The notes beneath the pieces are model-generated. The model made no database searches. It was not told where the DNA came from and was given only the letters and a program-made list of their open reading frames with translations. Shown in pieces: positions 49,162 through 58,818 of a stretch of 64,000 nucleotides of DNA. A program made the translations under genes and the position numbers. Location: positions 82,977 through 146,976 of the forward strand of contig JAKQPK010000050.1 in assembly GCA_029564765.1 (NCBI GenBank), in the 5' to 3' direction. The stretch's first letter is position 1. The number at the start of each line of letters is the position of its first letter. This DNA comes from Candidatus Omnitrophota bacterium. Its GTDB lineage: Bacteria > Omnitrophota > Gorgyraeia > Zapsychrales > Aceulaceae.

Positions 49162-50342
49162 CGTGCTTTTCGCTCAAGACTCTGATAATGAACGATCTTG
49201 GCACCCGGATAATAATACCTTAAGATATCTTCGAAGCGATATTGCTGCTGAGCCATCGCGCGCGCGCCCCACTGGCAAAGGCCAACGCCGTGTCCCCATC
49301 CTCTTCCAAAGAAATCAACATAATAACCTTTCATCTCAATATCATAGCTATTGCTTTTGAGGATGTTGGGTCCGAGAATATTGCGAAAATCCTTACCAGA
49401 TATCAAAACTTCTTTCCCGTCGCGAGCGATGATCTTGAGCGCTTTAATACGCTGGCTGCGATTGCGCTCCACAACTTGGATCTCTCTTATCAGGCCCAGG
49501 CGATAATCATGCTCATTTAGTTTGTCCTGGATATCCTTCAGCCGCATATTCTTTTTCCATGATGCGTGAGGTGAATCTTTGCAGAAAATACACGGCTGTC
49601 CCGCTAGGGCGCCGATTTCTTGGTTCCAAAGCTCACGGACATTTTCTGTGTGACCCGCGCAGGTGGAATGGTAATAAGATGGAAGGAACTTATTATCATA
49701 AGCCAGCACAAGCCCCTTGGTCCAATCAACAGCTAAATTCGTTCGGTACTTTTCCCTGCTATGGCCACCATAAACCTGCGAAAAGATATCGTTAGTAAGA
49801 TCGTAGAGTGCGTGCCGCTTACCTTGCTTCACATAAAAAGCATACGTCCGAGCAGCGATTGCTTGAGCCTTCAATGTTTCCATTGGCCAACGATCAGGAA
49901 CTTCGCTAGGAAGGACTCCCTTAATATACTTTTCAAGTTCAACAACGTTCACAACGGTCAACTTGCTGTTATCTGTCTTAAAGATATCGATCTCGCCGCG
50001 AAAACTCTTGTTATTGACAAAGATGGATGCGTCACGATTCGCAAAAACCTTAAGAGCGCTAACAGGGAGATCTGTTCCGGCGATATGGATCCCAGATCCT
50101 GATACGCTGACACGAGACTCTTTGAGCACCGAGCCTTCTAAAAGGATCTGGTCCGTTCCGTGATCATAGAGGACATACGGCCCCTGAATATGGATCATAA
50201 AAATATCGGCTTCCCGCAAGATCGCCACGCGGATCGTCTCTACTGCAGGCTGATCAGTAGTTAGAAAAAGATTTGTAAAGCTGCAGCTTGGCAGAAGAAA
50301 GACCGACAAAATTAAAATGATAAAATATTTTTTCATCATCAA
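49158..50342 (-). CDS. SpoIID/LytB-domain protein
   Basis: 394 aa with a signal peptide. It has the SpoIID family sequence. Confidence 0.75.
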   Translation of the reverse strand: MMMKKYFIILILSVFLLPSCSFTNLFLTTDQPAVETIRVAILREADIFMIHIQGPYVLYDHGTDQILLEGSVLKESRVSVSGSGIHIAGTDLPVSALKVFANRDASIFVNNKSFRGEIDIFKTDNSKLTVVNVVELEKYIKGVLPSEVPDRWPMETLKAQAIAARTYAFYVKQGKRHALYDLTNDIFSQVYGGHSREKYRTNLAVDWTKGLVLAYDNKFLPSYYHSTCAGHTENVRELWNQEIGALAGQPCIFCKDSPHASWKKNMRLKDIQDKLNEHDYRLGLIREIQVVERNRSQRIKALKIIARDGKEVLISGKDFRNILGPNILKSNSYDIEMKGYYVDFFGRGWGHGVGLCQWGARAMAQQQYRFEDILRYYYPGAKIVHYQSLERKAR

Positions 50343-50554
50343 CGTTTATTAAAAAGAAATAAAAGAAAACTAATGACAGCACTCAACAAGATGGAGGTCA
50401 TGAGGGGAAAATAAAAAGTAAGATTTCCTTTGCGGATCACAATATCTCCTGGAAGTCGGCCTGCGCCAGGAATGCGTTCTGCTAGCAAGATAATGATCCC
50501 AAGAAGAATCAGGATAATGCCTGCCGCAATGCATATTTTTCCGGATCCCAACAT
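50339..50554 (-). CDS. DUF2905-family small membrane protein
   Basis: 71 aa with two TM segments and the conserved LPGD motif. Confidence 0.6.
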   Translation of the reverse strand: MLGSGKICIAAGIILILLGIIILLAERIPGAGRLPGDIVIRKGNLTFYFPLMTSILLSAVISFLLFLFNKR

Positions 50555-50557
50555 AAA

Positions 50558-51595
50558 TTATTTGAATAATTGCTGCTGATTGTTGCGTGAAACAAAATCT
50601 GACCCAATATGCTTAAAGCCCTGATCGGTCAATTCCCGGCCGCGCTGCGTCCTCTTTAAGAATCCTCTCTTCAGCAGAAATGGCTCGACAACATCCGTGA
50701 TCGTGTCCACTTCCTCGTTTAGCGTTGCCGCCAACGACTCCACGCCGACAGGGCCACCATTATATTGATCGCGAATAACCATCAAAAGTTTTCGGTCAGA
50801 TTCATCAAGCCCTTCAGTATCAATACCTAAGGTTGCCATGGCCTTAAGAACAACATCGATCGTCACAGCGCCTGCGGAAGTCTTGACTTGCGCATAATCA
50901 CGCACGCGACGTAACAAACGGTTGGCAATACGAGGAGTCCCGCGCGCGCGCTTAGCGATCTCCGCTGCGGCCTGCTCGTCGATCGCAACGGAAAGCTTTT
51001 TGGAAGAATTCAAAACGATCTGCTGCAGATCTTCAAGGCGATAAAAATCAAGGTGATGGAAGATCCCGAATCGATCTCGTAGGGGTGATGCCAAAAGCCC
51101 ACTGCGTGTTGTCGCGCCGATCAAGGTGAAAGGCTTTAAATTAAACTTGATCGTCTTCGCGTAAGGCCCTTTATCCACGATAAAATCGATCTGAAAGTTT
51201 TCCATTGCCGGATACAAAAATTCTTCCACGGCCTTAGAAAGGCGATGGATTTCATCGATAAAAAGGACGTCTCCTTTTTCTAAATTTGTCAGGATTCCAA
51301 TGAAGTCACCAGCCCGATCGATCGCCGGCCCGGATGTGACCGTAATGCGCGTGTTCATCTCATGGGCAATAATATATGCCAAAGATGTTTTTCCTAGTCC
51401 AGGCGGACCGGAAAAAAGCATATGTTCAACAGGCTCGCCGCGCTGGGTAGCAGCCTGCAAAGAGACCTTTAAATTCTCAACGAGGTCTTTTTGGCCAATA
51501 AAATCATCAAGCTTCATCGGACGCAAAGACAAACTGACAATTGCGTCCTCTTCTGTTTCTGTATTTAAAACAAGTCGTTGTCGTTCCTGTGACAT
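50558..51595 (-). CDS. ruvB: Holliday junction helicase RuvB
   Basis: AAA+ Walker A (GPPGLGKT). The start is trimmed to the MSQERQ methionine. Confidence 0.9.
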   Translation of the reverse strand: MSQERQRLVLNTETEEDAIVSLSLRPMKLDDFIGQKDLVENLKVSLQAATQRGEPVEHMLFSGPPGLGKTSLAYIIAHEMNTRITVTSGPAIDRAGDFIGILTNLEKGDVLFIDEIHRLSKAVEEFLYPAMENFQIDFIVDKGPYAKTIKFNLKPFTLIGATTRSGLLASPLRDRFGIFHHLDFYRLEDLQQIVLNSSKKLSVAIDEQAAAEIAKRARGTPRIANRLLRRVRDYAQVKTSAGAVTIDVVLKAMATLGIDTEGLDESDRKLLMVIRDQYNGGPVGVESLAATLNEEVDTITDVVEPFLLKRGFLKRTQRGRELTDQGFKHIGSDFVSRNNQQQLFK

Positions 51596-51596
51596 A

Positions 51597-52433
51597 TCAA
51601 CTCGCTGGTCCTGTTGCCTCTTGAGAGTCCACATCATCCGATGCCGGCTCTTCAGGCTGGGGTTGTGATCCAGGCCCCTCAGGCTCTTGATCGTTGTGTG
51701 ACAATTCTAGGTTCTCTTTGTTGCGAACAACTTCTATCTCGCCAAAAATACCCTTTTGCACCGCTACGACCTCACGCAGACGGATCAACTCTAAGATGGC
51801 CATGAAGGTCACGATCACCTCGTCCTTGCTGCGTGCCTTCATGAATAGTTCCGTCAAAACCACCGTATTCTGGTGTAGGAACAAATGAAGGATGTCGTGG
51901 ATCTTTTGCTCAACGGTAAATTCTTCCTTAATAACCTCATAAAAAACATCCTTTGGAACATTCTTTAAGGCGTTCGCGAAAGCCGAAATAAGATCAAAAA
52001 GGCTCGCCTCAAAATAAACCTCGGTCGCGTCCTCTTTTAATGCTTTGATCTTTTCTTCATCGATCTTACGATTGAAAAAGTCTTGACGAGTGAGCTCTTT
52101 TTGTCGAAGATCCTCTGCGGCTTCCTTGAATTTCTTGTACTCCAAAAGACGCTGAACAAGTTCATCGCGTGGATCTATTTCTTCAGTCGCCTGTTCGGAT
52201 GGGTCCGGCGGAAGCAACATCTTAGACTTGATCTGCATAAGCGTAGCCGCCATGACCAGAAAATCACCTACAACATCCAGATCGAGAAGCTTCATCATAT
52301 CAAGATATTCCATGTACTGATCCGTGATCTGCGATATAGGAATATCGTAAATATTCAACTCATCTTTCTTGATAAGGTACAAGAGAAGATCTAGGGGGCC
52401 TTCAAAAACTTCAAGTTTGATCTTATAGTTCAT
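51597..52433 (-). CDS. scpA: segregation and condensation protein A
   Basis: 278 aa with typical ScpA sequence and an acidic C-terminus. Confidence 0.8.
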   Translation of the reverse strand: MNYKIKLEVFEGPLDLLLYLIKKDELNIYDIPISQITDQYMEYLDMMKLLDLDVVGDFLVMAATLMQIKSKMLLPPDPSEQATEEIDPRDELVQRLLEYKKFKEAAEDLRQKELTRQDFFNRKIDEEKIKALKEDATEVYFEASLFDLISAFANALKNVPKDVFYEVIKEEFTVEQKIHDILHLFLHQNTVVLTELFMKARSKDEVIVTFMAILELIRLREVVAVQKGIFGEIEVVRNKENLELSHNDQEPEGPGSQPQPEEPASDDVDSQEATGPAS

Positions 52434-52435
52434 AT

Positions 52436-53419
52436 CTATCGAAAAATTTGTTGGCGGACTTCTTGCATGGTCTTTTCCGCGATCGCCTTCGCCTTTTTAG
52501 CGCCAAGAGCTAAGACCGCCTGAACCTTATCCGGATTAGCGGCGATCTCTTGACGTTTCTGCTGTATGGGCTCAAGCTCCCTAATAATTGCCCGCGCGAG
52601 TATCTTCTTGCATTCCGTACACCCTTTTTGGGCCTTTGTACACCAAGCGCAAACATCCTGTACCTGCGATGGGTCAAAAACTTTGTAATAACTAAAAACA
52701 TTACACACATCCGGATGGCCAGGATCGCTGAGCTTTATCCGCTGAGGATCTGTGATCATGGACGATATCTTCTTTTCAATAACAGGCAAAGGATCGGAAA
52801 GATTGATCGCGTTATCATAACTTTTGCTCATCTTGCGGCCATCGAGCCCTAAAAGACGCGGGGTCTGAGTAAGGATTGCCTGGCAATCCTCGAACACTTC
52901 CTTTTTGTACAAATGATTGAACTTACGGGCGATCTCGCGGGTCAATTCGATGTGAGGAAGTTGATCTTCCCCGATGGGAACAGCGTTGGCCTTATACAGC
53001 AAGATGTCCGCGGCTTGCAGGACAGGATATCCGAGAAAACCATAAGTGTGCAGGTCCCTTGTCTGGATCTCGCGCAACTGCTCTTTATATGTTGGGTTGC
53101 GCTCGAGCCATCCTAAGGGCGTAAAACACGAGAACGTCATATACAGCTCAAGATGCTCGGGAACATCGGATTGCACGAACACGATCGATCTTTCGGGGTC
53201 GATCCCGCAGGCCATCCAATCCACAGCCATCTCAAAGATATTTTCTTTGATATGCGAACTGTCTTCATACTCTCCCATCAGTGCATGCCAATCAACAATA
53301 CTGAAAATACAGCGATATTCTTTCTGCAGCGCGACCCAATTTTGCAGGGCCCCAACAAGATGACCCAAATGCAGCTTGCCAGTAGGCCGCATACCGCTAA
53401 AAATGGTCTTTAAGCTCAT
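52436..53419 (-). CDS. trpS: tryptophan--tRNA ligase
   Basis: HIGH-type motif (GKLHLGHLVG) and the KMSKS motif. Confidence 0.9.
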   Translation of the reverse strand: MSLKTIFSGMRPTGKLHLGHLVGALQNWVALQKEYRCIFSIVDWHALMGEYEDSSHIKENIFEMAVDWMACGIDPERSIVFVQSDVPEHLELYMTFSCFTPLGWLERNPTYKEQLREIQTRDLHTYGFLGYPVLQAADILLYKANAVPIGEDQLPHIELTREIARKFNHLYKKEVFEDCQAILTQTPRLLGLDGRKMSKSYDNAINLSDPLPVIEKKISSMITDPQRIKLSDPGHPDVCNVFSYYKVFDPSQVQDVCAWCTKAQKGCTECKKILARAIIRELEPIQQKRQEIAANPDKVQAVLALGAKKAKAIAEKTMQEVRQQIFR

Positions 53420-53431
53420 CGGATCCCCGCC

Positions 53432-55879
53432 TTATAGTTCCCGCTGAATAGTTTCAAGTTCATACGCCTCGATGACATCGCCAACCTCGATCCCTGTGAA
53501 ACCTCTCAAGGTAATACCGCACTCAAAACCTTCCTTGACCTCACGGACATCATCCTTAAAGCGCTTAAGAGAGTCGATCTCTCCAGTAAAGATCTCTTGT
53601 CCGTTGCGCATGATCGCTATCTTTGCCTTACGATCGATGCGTCCTTTCTGCACAAAGCATCCGGCGACAACACCTGATTTGCTCAATTTGAAAACTTGAC
53701 GGATATCCACCCGGCCCGTGAACTTCTTTCGGATCTTTGGCTCTAAAAGGCCGGACAACGCTTTTTTAATATCATCGACCGCATCGTAAATAATACGATA
53801 GGTCCTGATGTCCACGCTCTGTTTAGCAAGCTCTTCCTTGGCTTTCACATCAGCTTCCACCTGGAACCCAACAATGATCGCGTTGGAAACTTGAGCCAAG
53901 ATCACATCGGCCGCGTTGATCTCCCCGATGCCGGTATGCAAGAATTTAATTTGCACCTCATCATTAGAAAGCTTTATCAAAGAATCCTTTAGCGCTTCGA
54001 GCGAGCCTTGGACATCGGTTTTCAGAATAATATTCAGATCTTTGACCTTCCCTTGCTGGATCTGAGAATACAGATCCTCCAAGGTAATGCGCTGGGCTGA
54101 TTGAAGACGTTTATTTTTGATCTGCTCGGAACGCATTTCGCAGATCTCTCTAGCTTTCTTTTCATCAGAAACCACATAAAATAGTTCTCCCGCTTCCGGA
54201 ACTCCCCCAAGGCCTAAGATCTCCAGCGGAACAGCTGGCGTGGCAACCTTGAGCGCGCGACCATGATCATCCAGCATGGCCTTGATGCGACCTGAATAAG
54301 GGCCAGCGACAACAATATCCCCATCCTTTAAGGTTCCCGCCTGAACGATAACCGAAGCCACAGATCCTCTGCCGTGGCTGAGATGCGCCTCAACAACGAT
54401 GCCCGTTGCAGGCCTATCATAATTGGCCTTAAGCTCTAATATTTCGGCCTCCAAAAGGATCATTTCCAAAAGCTTGTCAACGCCTTCCCCTGTCGTTGCT
54501 GAAACACCTACTGTGATCGTTTTTCCTCCCCAATCCTCAGGCATAAGATCTTTTTCGGAAAGCTGTTTCTTCACACGGTCTAAATTAATGTTACGTTTAT
54601 CGATCTTGTTGATCGCGACAACGATCGGAACATTCGCTGCGCGTGCATGGTCAATGGCCTCTTCCGTCTGGGGCATAACGCCCTCATCTGCGGCAACCAC
54701 AAGAATGACGATATCAGTGATATGCGCACCTCGGGCACGCATGGCGGTAAATGCCGCGTGTCCTGGCGTATCCAAGAATGTGATCTTCCCTCGAGCGGTT
54801 TCAACAGAATATGCCGCCATGTGCTGCGTAATGCCTCCATGCTCTTGATCAACAACATTACTTTTACGAATACGGTCCAGCAAAGATGTCTTACCATGGT
54901 CAACATGTCCCATGAACGTAATGACCGGGGGACGAGGCTTCAACAAGGAAGGATCATCATTCTCTGTATGCAAAGCAAAAAGCTGTTCTTCTTCTGTTTT
55001 CGCCACGCGGTGTGTAAAGCTCAGATCTTCCTGGATCTTTAAAATAACTTCTTCTGTTAAATTTTGGTTAATCGTCGCCAAGACACCTTTTTGCATCAAA
55101 ACTTTCAGAATAGCGCTTGGTTTCTGCTGGATCTTGACCGACAGGTCCTTAACGTTAATAGGAAAACTGAGCTCAACCTCTCGGGAAGGCCTCTGGCTAA
55201 CGATCACTTCTGCAAGCTGCGGACGATGATGTTCCGAGCGAAACGGCCGATGGGACTCAGAATGTCTTGGTCGTCGATGGTCAGAATACTTTGGAATGAC
55301 GATCTCCACCTGCGAAGGCACGGGTTTAACGACCGGGCTGGCTGGTTGCGCAACCGCTGGCTGAGGTCGTGCGGTCACAGATTCGACTGGCTTTTCAGGG
55401 GCTGCGACGGTCGCGATAGGAACAACTGGCTTCTTTTGAACTTTTTCTTTCGCAGAAACCTGAACCTTTTCCTTGGAAGCAACAGGAGCCTTTGCTTGCT
55501 TCGCTTTTTTTGGGTCGCCTGCAGGCTTTTTCTCGGTCGCGGGGCTTTTTTTCTCGATAGCCTTCTTAGGAGCCTTCACTGATTTTTCTTTTTTTTCAGA
55601 AGTTTTTTTAGCTTTTGAGGTCTTGGATGTTTTCTTCTCTTCAGGCTCCTTAACATCAATATGGGCCCATTTAGGCTTAGGCGCCATGGGGCGGCCTTCC
55701 TCTTTTTTCAAAGGGATAGCTTTCTTGCCCTTAGCGTCCAAGGAGCGGCGCACGATCGCCATACCCGCAACGCTTAACTCCTGCTGAGCATTCACCGCTT
55801 TCATCTTGAATGATTTTAACTCTGCGAGAATGTCTTCACTCTTTAAACCATATTCTTTTGCGAGATCAGAAACTTTCAT
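53432..55879 (-). CDS. infB: translation initiation factor IF-2
   Basis: 815 aa with a G domain (GHVDHGKTS) and a Lys/Ala/Pro-rich N-terminal region. Confidence 0.95.
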   Translation of the reverse strand: MKVSDLAKEYGLKSEDILAELKSFKMKAVNAQQELSVAGMAIVRRSLDAKGKKAIPLKKEEGRPMAPKPKWAHIDVKEPEEKKTSKTSKAKKTSEKKEKSVKAPKKAIEKKSPATEKKPAGDPKKAKQAKAPVASKEKVQVSAKEKVQKKPVVPIATVAAPEKPVESVTARPQPAVAQPASPVVKPVPSQVEIVIPKYSDHRRPRHSESHRPFRSEHHRPQLAEVIVSQRPSREVELSFPINVKDLSVKIQQKPSAILKVLMQKGVLATINQNLTEEVILKIQEDLSFTHRVAKTEEEQLFALHTENDDPSLLKPRPPVITFMGHVDHGKTSLLDRIRKSNVVDQEHGGITQHMAAYSVETARGKITFLDTPGHAAFTAMRARGAHITDIVILVVAADEGVMPQTEEAIDHARAANVPIVVAINKIDKRNINLDRVKKQLSEKDLMPEDWGGKTITVGVSATTGEGVDKLLEMILLEAEILELKANYDRPATGIVVEAHLSHGRGSVASVIVQAGTLKDGDIVVAGPYSGRIKAMLDDHGRALKVATPAVPLEILGLGGVPEAGELFYVVSDEKKAREICEMRSEQIKNKRLQSAQRITLEDLYSQIQQGKVKDLNIILKTDVQGSLEALKDSLIKLSNDEVQIKFLHTGIGEINAADVILAQVSNAIIVGFQVEADVKAKEELAKQSVDIRTYRIIYDAVDDIKKALSGLLEPKIRKKFTGRVDIRQVFKLSKSGVVAGCFVQKGRIDRKAKIAIMRNGQEIFTGEIDSLKRFKDDVREVKEGFECGITLRGFTGIEVGDVIEAYELETIQREL

Positions 55880-55897
55880 GGATATCCTTCTTGGCTA

Positions 55898-57094
55898 CTA
55901 TTTTTTTGAAGAAAGGGATTTGGCTTCTTTAATGATCTTTGCCGCTTTTACTTTTCCCAATCCCTTGATCTGGGACAATTCATCAACTGAGCTTTCCGCG
56001 ATCGACTCAAGGGTTGTAAATCCTTTTTCTTGCAATAATGTGACAAGTTTATCCCCCACACCGCTTAACTGAGCCAGCGCAGAGGGCTCCGTCGATTGCT
56101 CTGTAGGTGTAACGATCTCTGAAGACTTTTCTGGAAGCTTCTCTGCGTGCTCTTTCCATTGCGTCAAGGAGAAAACCTCCAACTGCCATCCAACAAGTTG
56201 ACTTGCAAGGCGGATATTCTGGCCATGCTTGCCGATAGCGATCGATAACTGGTCATCTGCCACGACGATATCCGCACGCCTCTCAGCAGCATAAAGATGC
56301 ATTTGCGCGATCTCAGCCGGTGACATGGCCGCCTGAATATATGTTTTTTTGTCTTCGCTGTAGCGAACAATATCGATCTTCTCTCCGTGAAGTTCGGTCA
56401 CAATGCTCTTGACGCGTGACCCGCGCATACCCACGCACGCGCCAACACAGTCGATCTTTTCTTCTTTAGAATAGACCGCGATCTTTGTGCGCTCTCCCGG
56501 GTCACGGGCAATTGACTTAACCTCTACGATACCGTCGTAGATCTCAGGGACTTCCAGCTCAAATAAACGCTTGACAAAATGTGGATGCGCCCGCGAAAGG
56601 ACGATCTGAGGGCCTTTTGTCTCTCGTCGGACATCCAAGACATAAGCGCGGATACGATCTCCCTGTTTGAATTCTTCCTTGCCGGATTGCTCACTGCGGG
56701 GGATGAATGCTTCTGTCTTGCTCAAGTCAACAATGATATTCCCTTTATCGATGCGGTACACGCTGCCTGTAACGATCTGGCCGATACGCGCCTGATATTC
56801 GCTAAATACAACATCTTTTTCTGCTTCCCGGATCTTCTGAATAACAACCTGCTTAGCGGTTTGAGCAGCAATACGACCAAAATCTTTTGATTTGATCTCC
56901 TCGCCATCCGCATAAGCCATCAGCTTACCTGTCTTTCGATCAAGAACAACCTGGATCTCTTGCTCTTTGCCAACCGTCCAGATCTTCTTAGCGGCTGAAG
57001 CCACAGCTGTTTCCACAGCTTGGATCAAGATCTCCTTATCAACGCCTTTATCGCGTTCAATTTGGTCTAAAATCATCAACAATTCACTGTCCAT
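55898..57094 (-). CDS. nusA: transcription termination/antitermination factor NusA
   Basis: 398 aa with S1, KH and C-terminal HhH regions. Confidence 0.9.
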   Translation of the reverse strand: MDSELLMILDQIERDKGVDKEILIQAVETAVASAAKKIWTVGKEQEIQVVLDRKTGKLMAYADGEEIKSKDFGRIAAQTAKQVVIQKIREAEKDVVFSEYQARIGQIVTGSVYRIDKGNIIVDLSKTEAFIPRSEQSGKEEFKQGDRIRAYVLDVRRETKGPQIVLSRAHPHFVKRLFELEVPEIYDGIVEVKSIARDPGERTKIAVYSKEEKIDCVGACVGMRGSRVKSIVTELHGEKIDIVRYSEDKKTYIQAAMSPAEIAQMHLYAAERRADIVVADDQLSIAIGKHGQNIRLASQLVGWQLEVFSLTQWKEHAEKLPEKSSEIVTPTEQSTEPSALAQLSGVGDKLVTLLQEKGFTTLESIAESSVDELSQIKGLGKVKAAKIIKEAKSLSSKK

Positions 57095-57108
57095 ACAACA
57101 TCCTTCCT

Positions 57109-57561
57109 TTAAAATACATGTTGTGCTTTATTGATCAACTGAAAAGAAATATCCACCTCAACACCCCTGCTCTGAATGATCACGTTTGTTTCATCCGAAC
57201 GCAAAATAATGCCTTGCCATTCTAAGCGTCCCTGGACAGGTTCTTTCAGGTAAAAAACGACCTCTTTTCCTGTTGCCCTAGAAAAATCTTTATCGCTGAC
57301 AAGCGGCCGGTCGATACCCGGTGAAGAAACTTCCAGCGTATAGCTCCCTGAAAAAATATTCTCTTTCTCAAGAATGGTATCGATCTGTCGACTAAGATCG
57401 GCGCATTCATCGACCGTGATCCCCCCTCGCGGTCTGTCAGCTAAAATTTGTACCGCGTCCGCGCCTCTGCGATGAGGACAATAAACATCCACCAGATCAA
57501 ACCCTTGCTCAACCAAGAAAGGCCCTACCAGACTTGAGATCTTATCTTTAAGATCCTGCAT
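57109..57561 (-). CDS. rimP: ribosome maturation factor RimP
   Basis: 150 aa. It keeps the conserved position upstream of nusA. Confidence 0.8.
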   Translation of the reverse strand: MQDLKDKISSLVGPFLVEQGFDLVDVYCPHRRGADAVQILADRPRGGITVDECADLSRQIDTILEKENIFSGSYTLEVSSPGIDRPLVSDKDFSRATGKEVVFYLKEPVQGRLEWQGIILRSDETNVIIQSRGVEVDISFQLINKAQHVF

Positions 57562-58815
57562 CTAACGTAAAACCTCTTTCAGTTTTTCTGCTACACGAGC
57601 GAGCTCGACAGCAAATACCGTTCCACTACGGCGGTCCTTGATCTCAGCCTTCCCCTCTGCTAACATGCGCTTACCGAGCGTTATGCGATAAGGGATCCCG
57701 ATCAGATCCGCATCATTAAATTTCTTTCCAGGGCTTTCATCACGGTCATCCATAAAAACATCGACTCCATGCCTGACCAGGCCATCATACAGCTCATCGG
57801 CTTGACGCATCATATCACCATCACCAACCTGAAGAGGAAGGATCTCAACCTCAAAAGGTGCTACTTCTTTTGGCCAAACAATGCCAGCAGCATCGTTATT
57901 CTTTTCAATGATCGTTGCGATCAAGCGACTAACGCCGATCCCGTAACAACCCATGACAACGGTCTTCTTCTGCCCTTTTTCATCTAAAAAGCTTACGTCC
58001 AAGGCCTTGCTGTATTTTGTTCCTAGCTGAAAAATATGCCCTATCTCGATCGCGGACTTTTTGGTCAATGTTCCTTTCTGGCAGGCCGGACAACCACTCC
58101 CATCTTTGCCCTTATTGATACCGCAAGCATGGCCACAAGCGTCGCAGCAAAGAACTTCGTCTTCGCCGATCTCTGCTGGCACCATATACTCATGTGAAAT
58201 ATCGCCTCCCATTGCACCCGAATCAGCCTCGACGATCACAATCTTTAGCCCGCAACGCGAGAAAATCTTCTGATAAGCTGTGTACATAAGCTCATAATTC
58301 TTTCTCAAGCCTTGCTCATCCTGATCAAAACTATATGCGTCTTTCATGATAAACTCACAAGCGCGGACAATGCCAAAACGTGGACGCATTTCATCTCGAA
58401 ATTTTGTTTGGATCTGATAAAGGACCACCGGCAACTGCTTATAAGATCGTACATGGTTCTTGACCAAGTCCGTGATCACTTCTTCATGTGTTGGCCCCAA
58501 GCACATGGCCCGGCCTTTTTTATCTTTGAATTGGATCATGACATCTTTTAGTGTTTCGTCGCGCCCAGTTCTTTTCCACAATTCCATCGGCTGCAGTGAC
58601 GGCAAAAGAAGCTCGCGAGCGCCAATAGCGTTCATCTCTTCATTGATGATCCCCTCGATCTTACGTAACACGCGAAGCCCAAGCGGAAGGTAAGAATAAA
58701 CCCCAGAGGTAAGCATCTGAACTAATCCTGAGCGTAACAAAAGCTGATGACTTACAGCCTCTGTCCCGATGGGGATCTCTTTGATCGTTGGGATATAAAA
58801 TTGGCTCCAGCGCAT
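57562..58815 (-). CDS. proS: proline--tRNA ligase, short form without an INS editing domain and with an inserted Cys cluster
   Basis: 417 aa with class II motifs. The motif CCDACGHAC…CPAC, encoded at about 58070-58160, sits where the INS domain would be. Confidence 0.85.
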   Translation of the reverse strand: MRWSQFYIPTIKEIPIGTEAVSHQLLLRSGLVQMLTSGVYSYLPLGLRVLRKIEGIINEEMNAIGARELLLPSLQPMELWKRTGRDETLKDVMIQFKDKKGRAMCLGPTHEEVITDLVKNHVRSYKQLPVVLYQIQTKFRDEMRPRFGIVRACEFIMKDAYSFDQDEQGLRKNYELMYTAYQKIFSRCGLKIVIVEADSGAMGGDISHEYMVPAEIGEDEVLCCDACGHACGINKGKDGSGCPACQKGTLTKKSAIEIGHIFQLGTKYSKALDVSFLDEKGQKKTVVMGCYGIGVSRLIATIIEKNNDAAGIVWPKEVAPFEVEILPLQVGDGDMMRQADELYDGLVRHGVDVFMDDRDESPGKKFNDADLIGIPYRITLGKRMLAEGKAEIKDRRSGTVFAVELARVAEKLKEVLR

Positions 58816-58818
58816 CGA

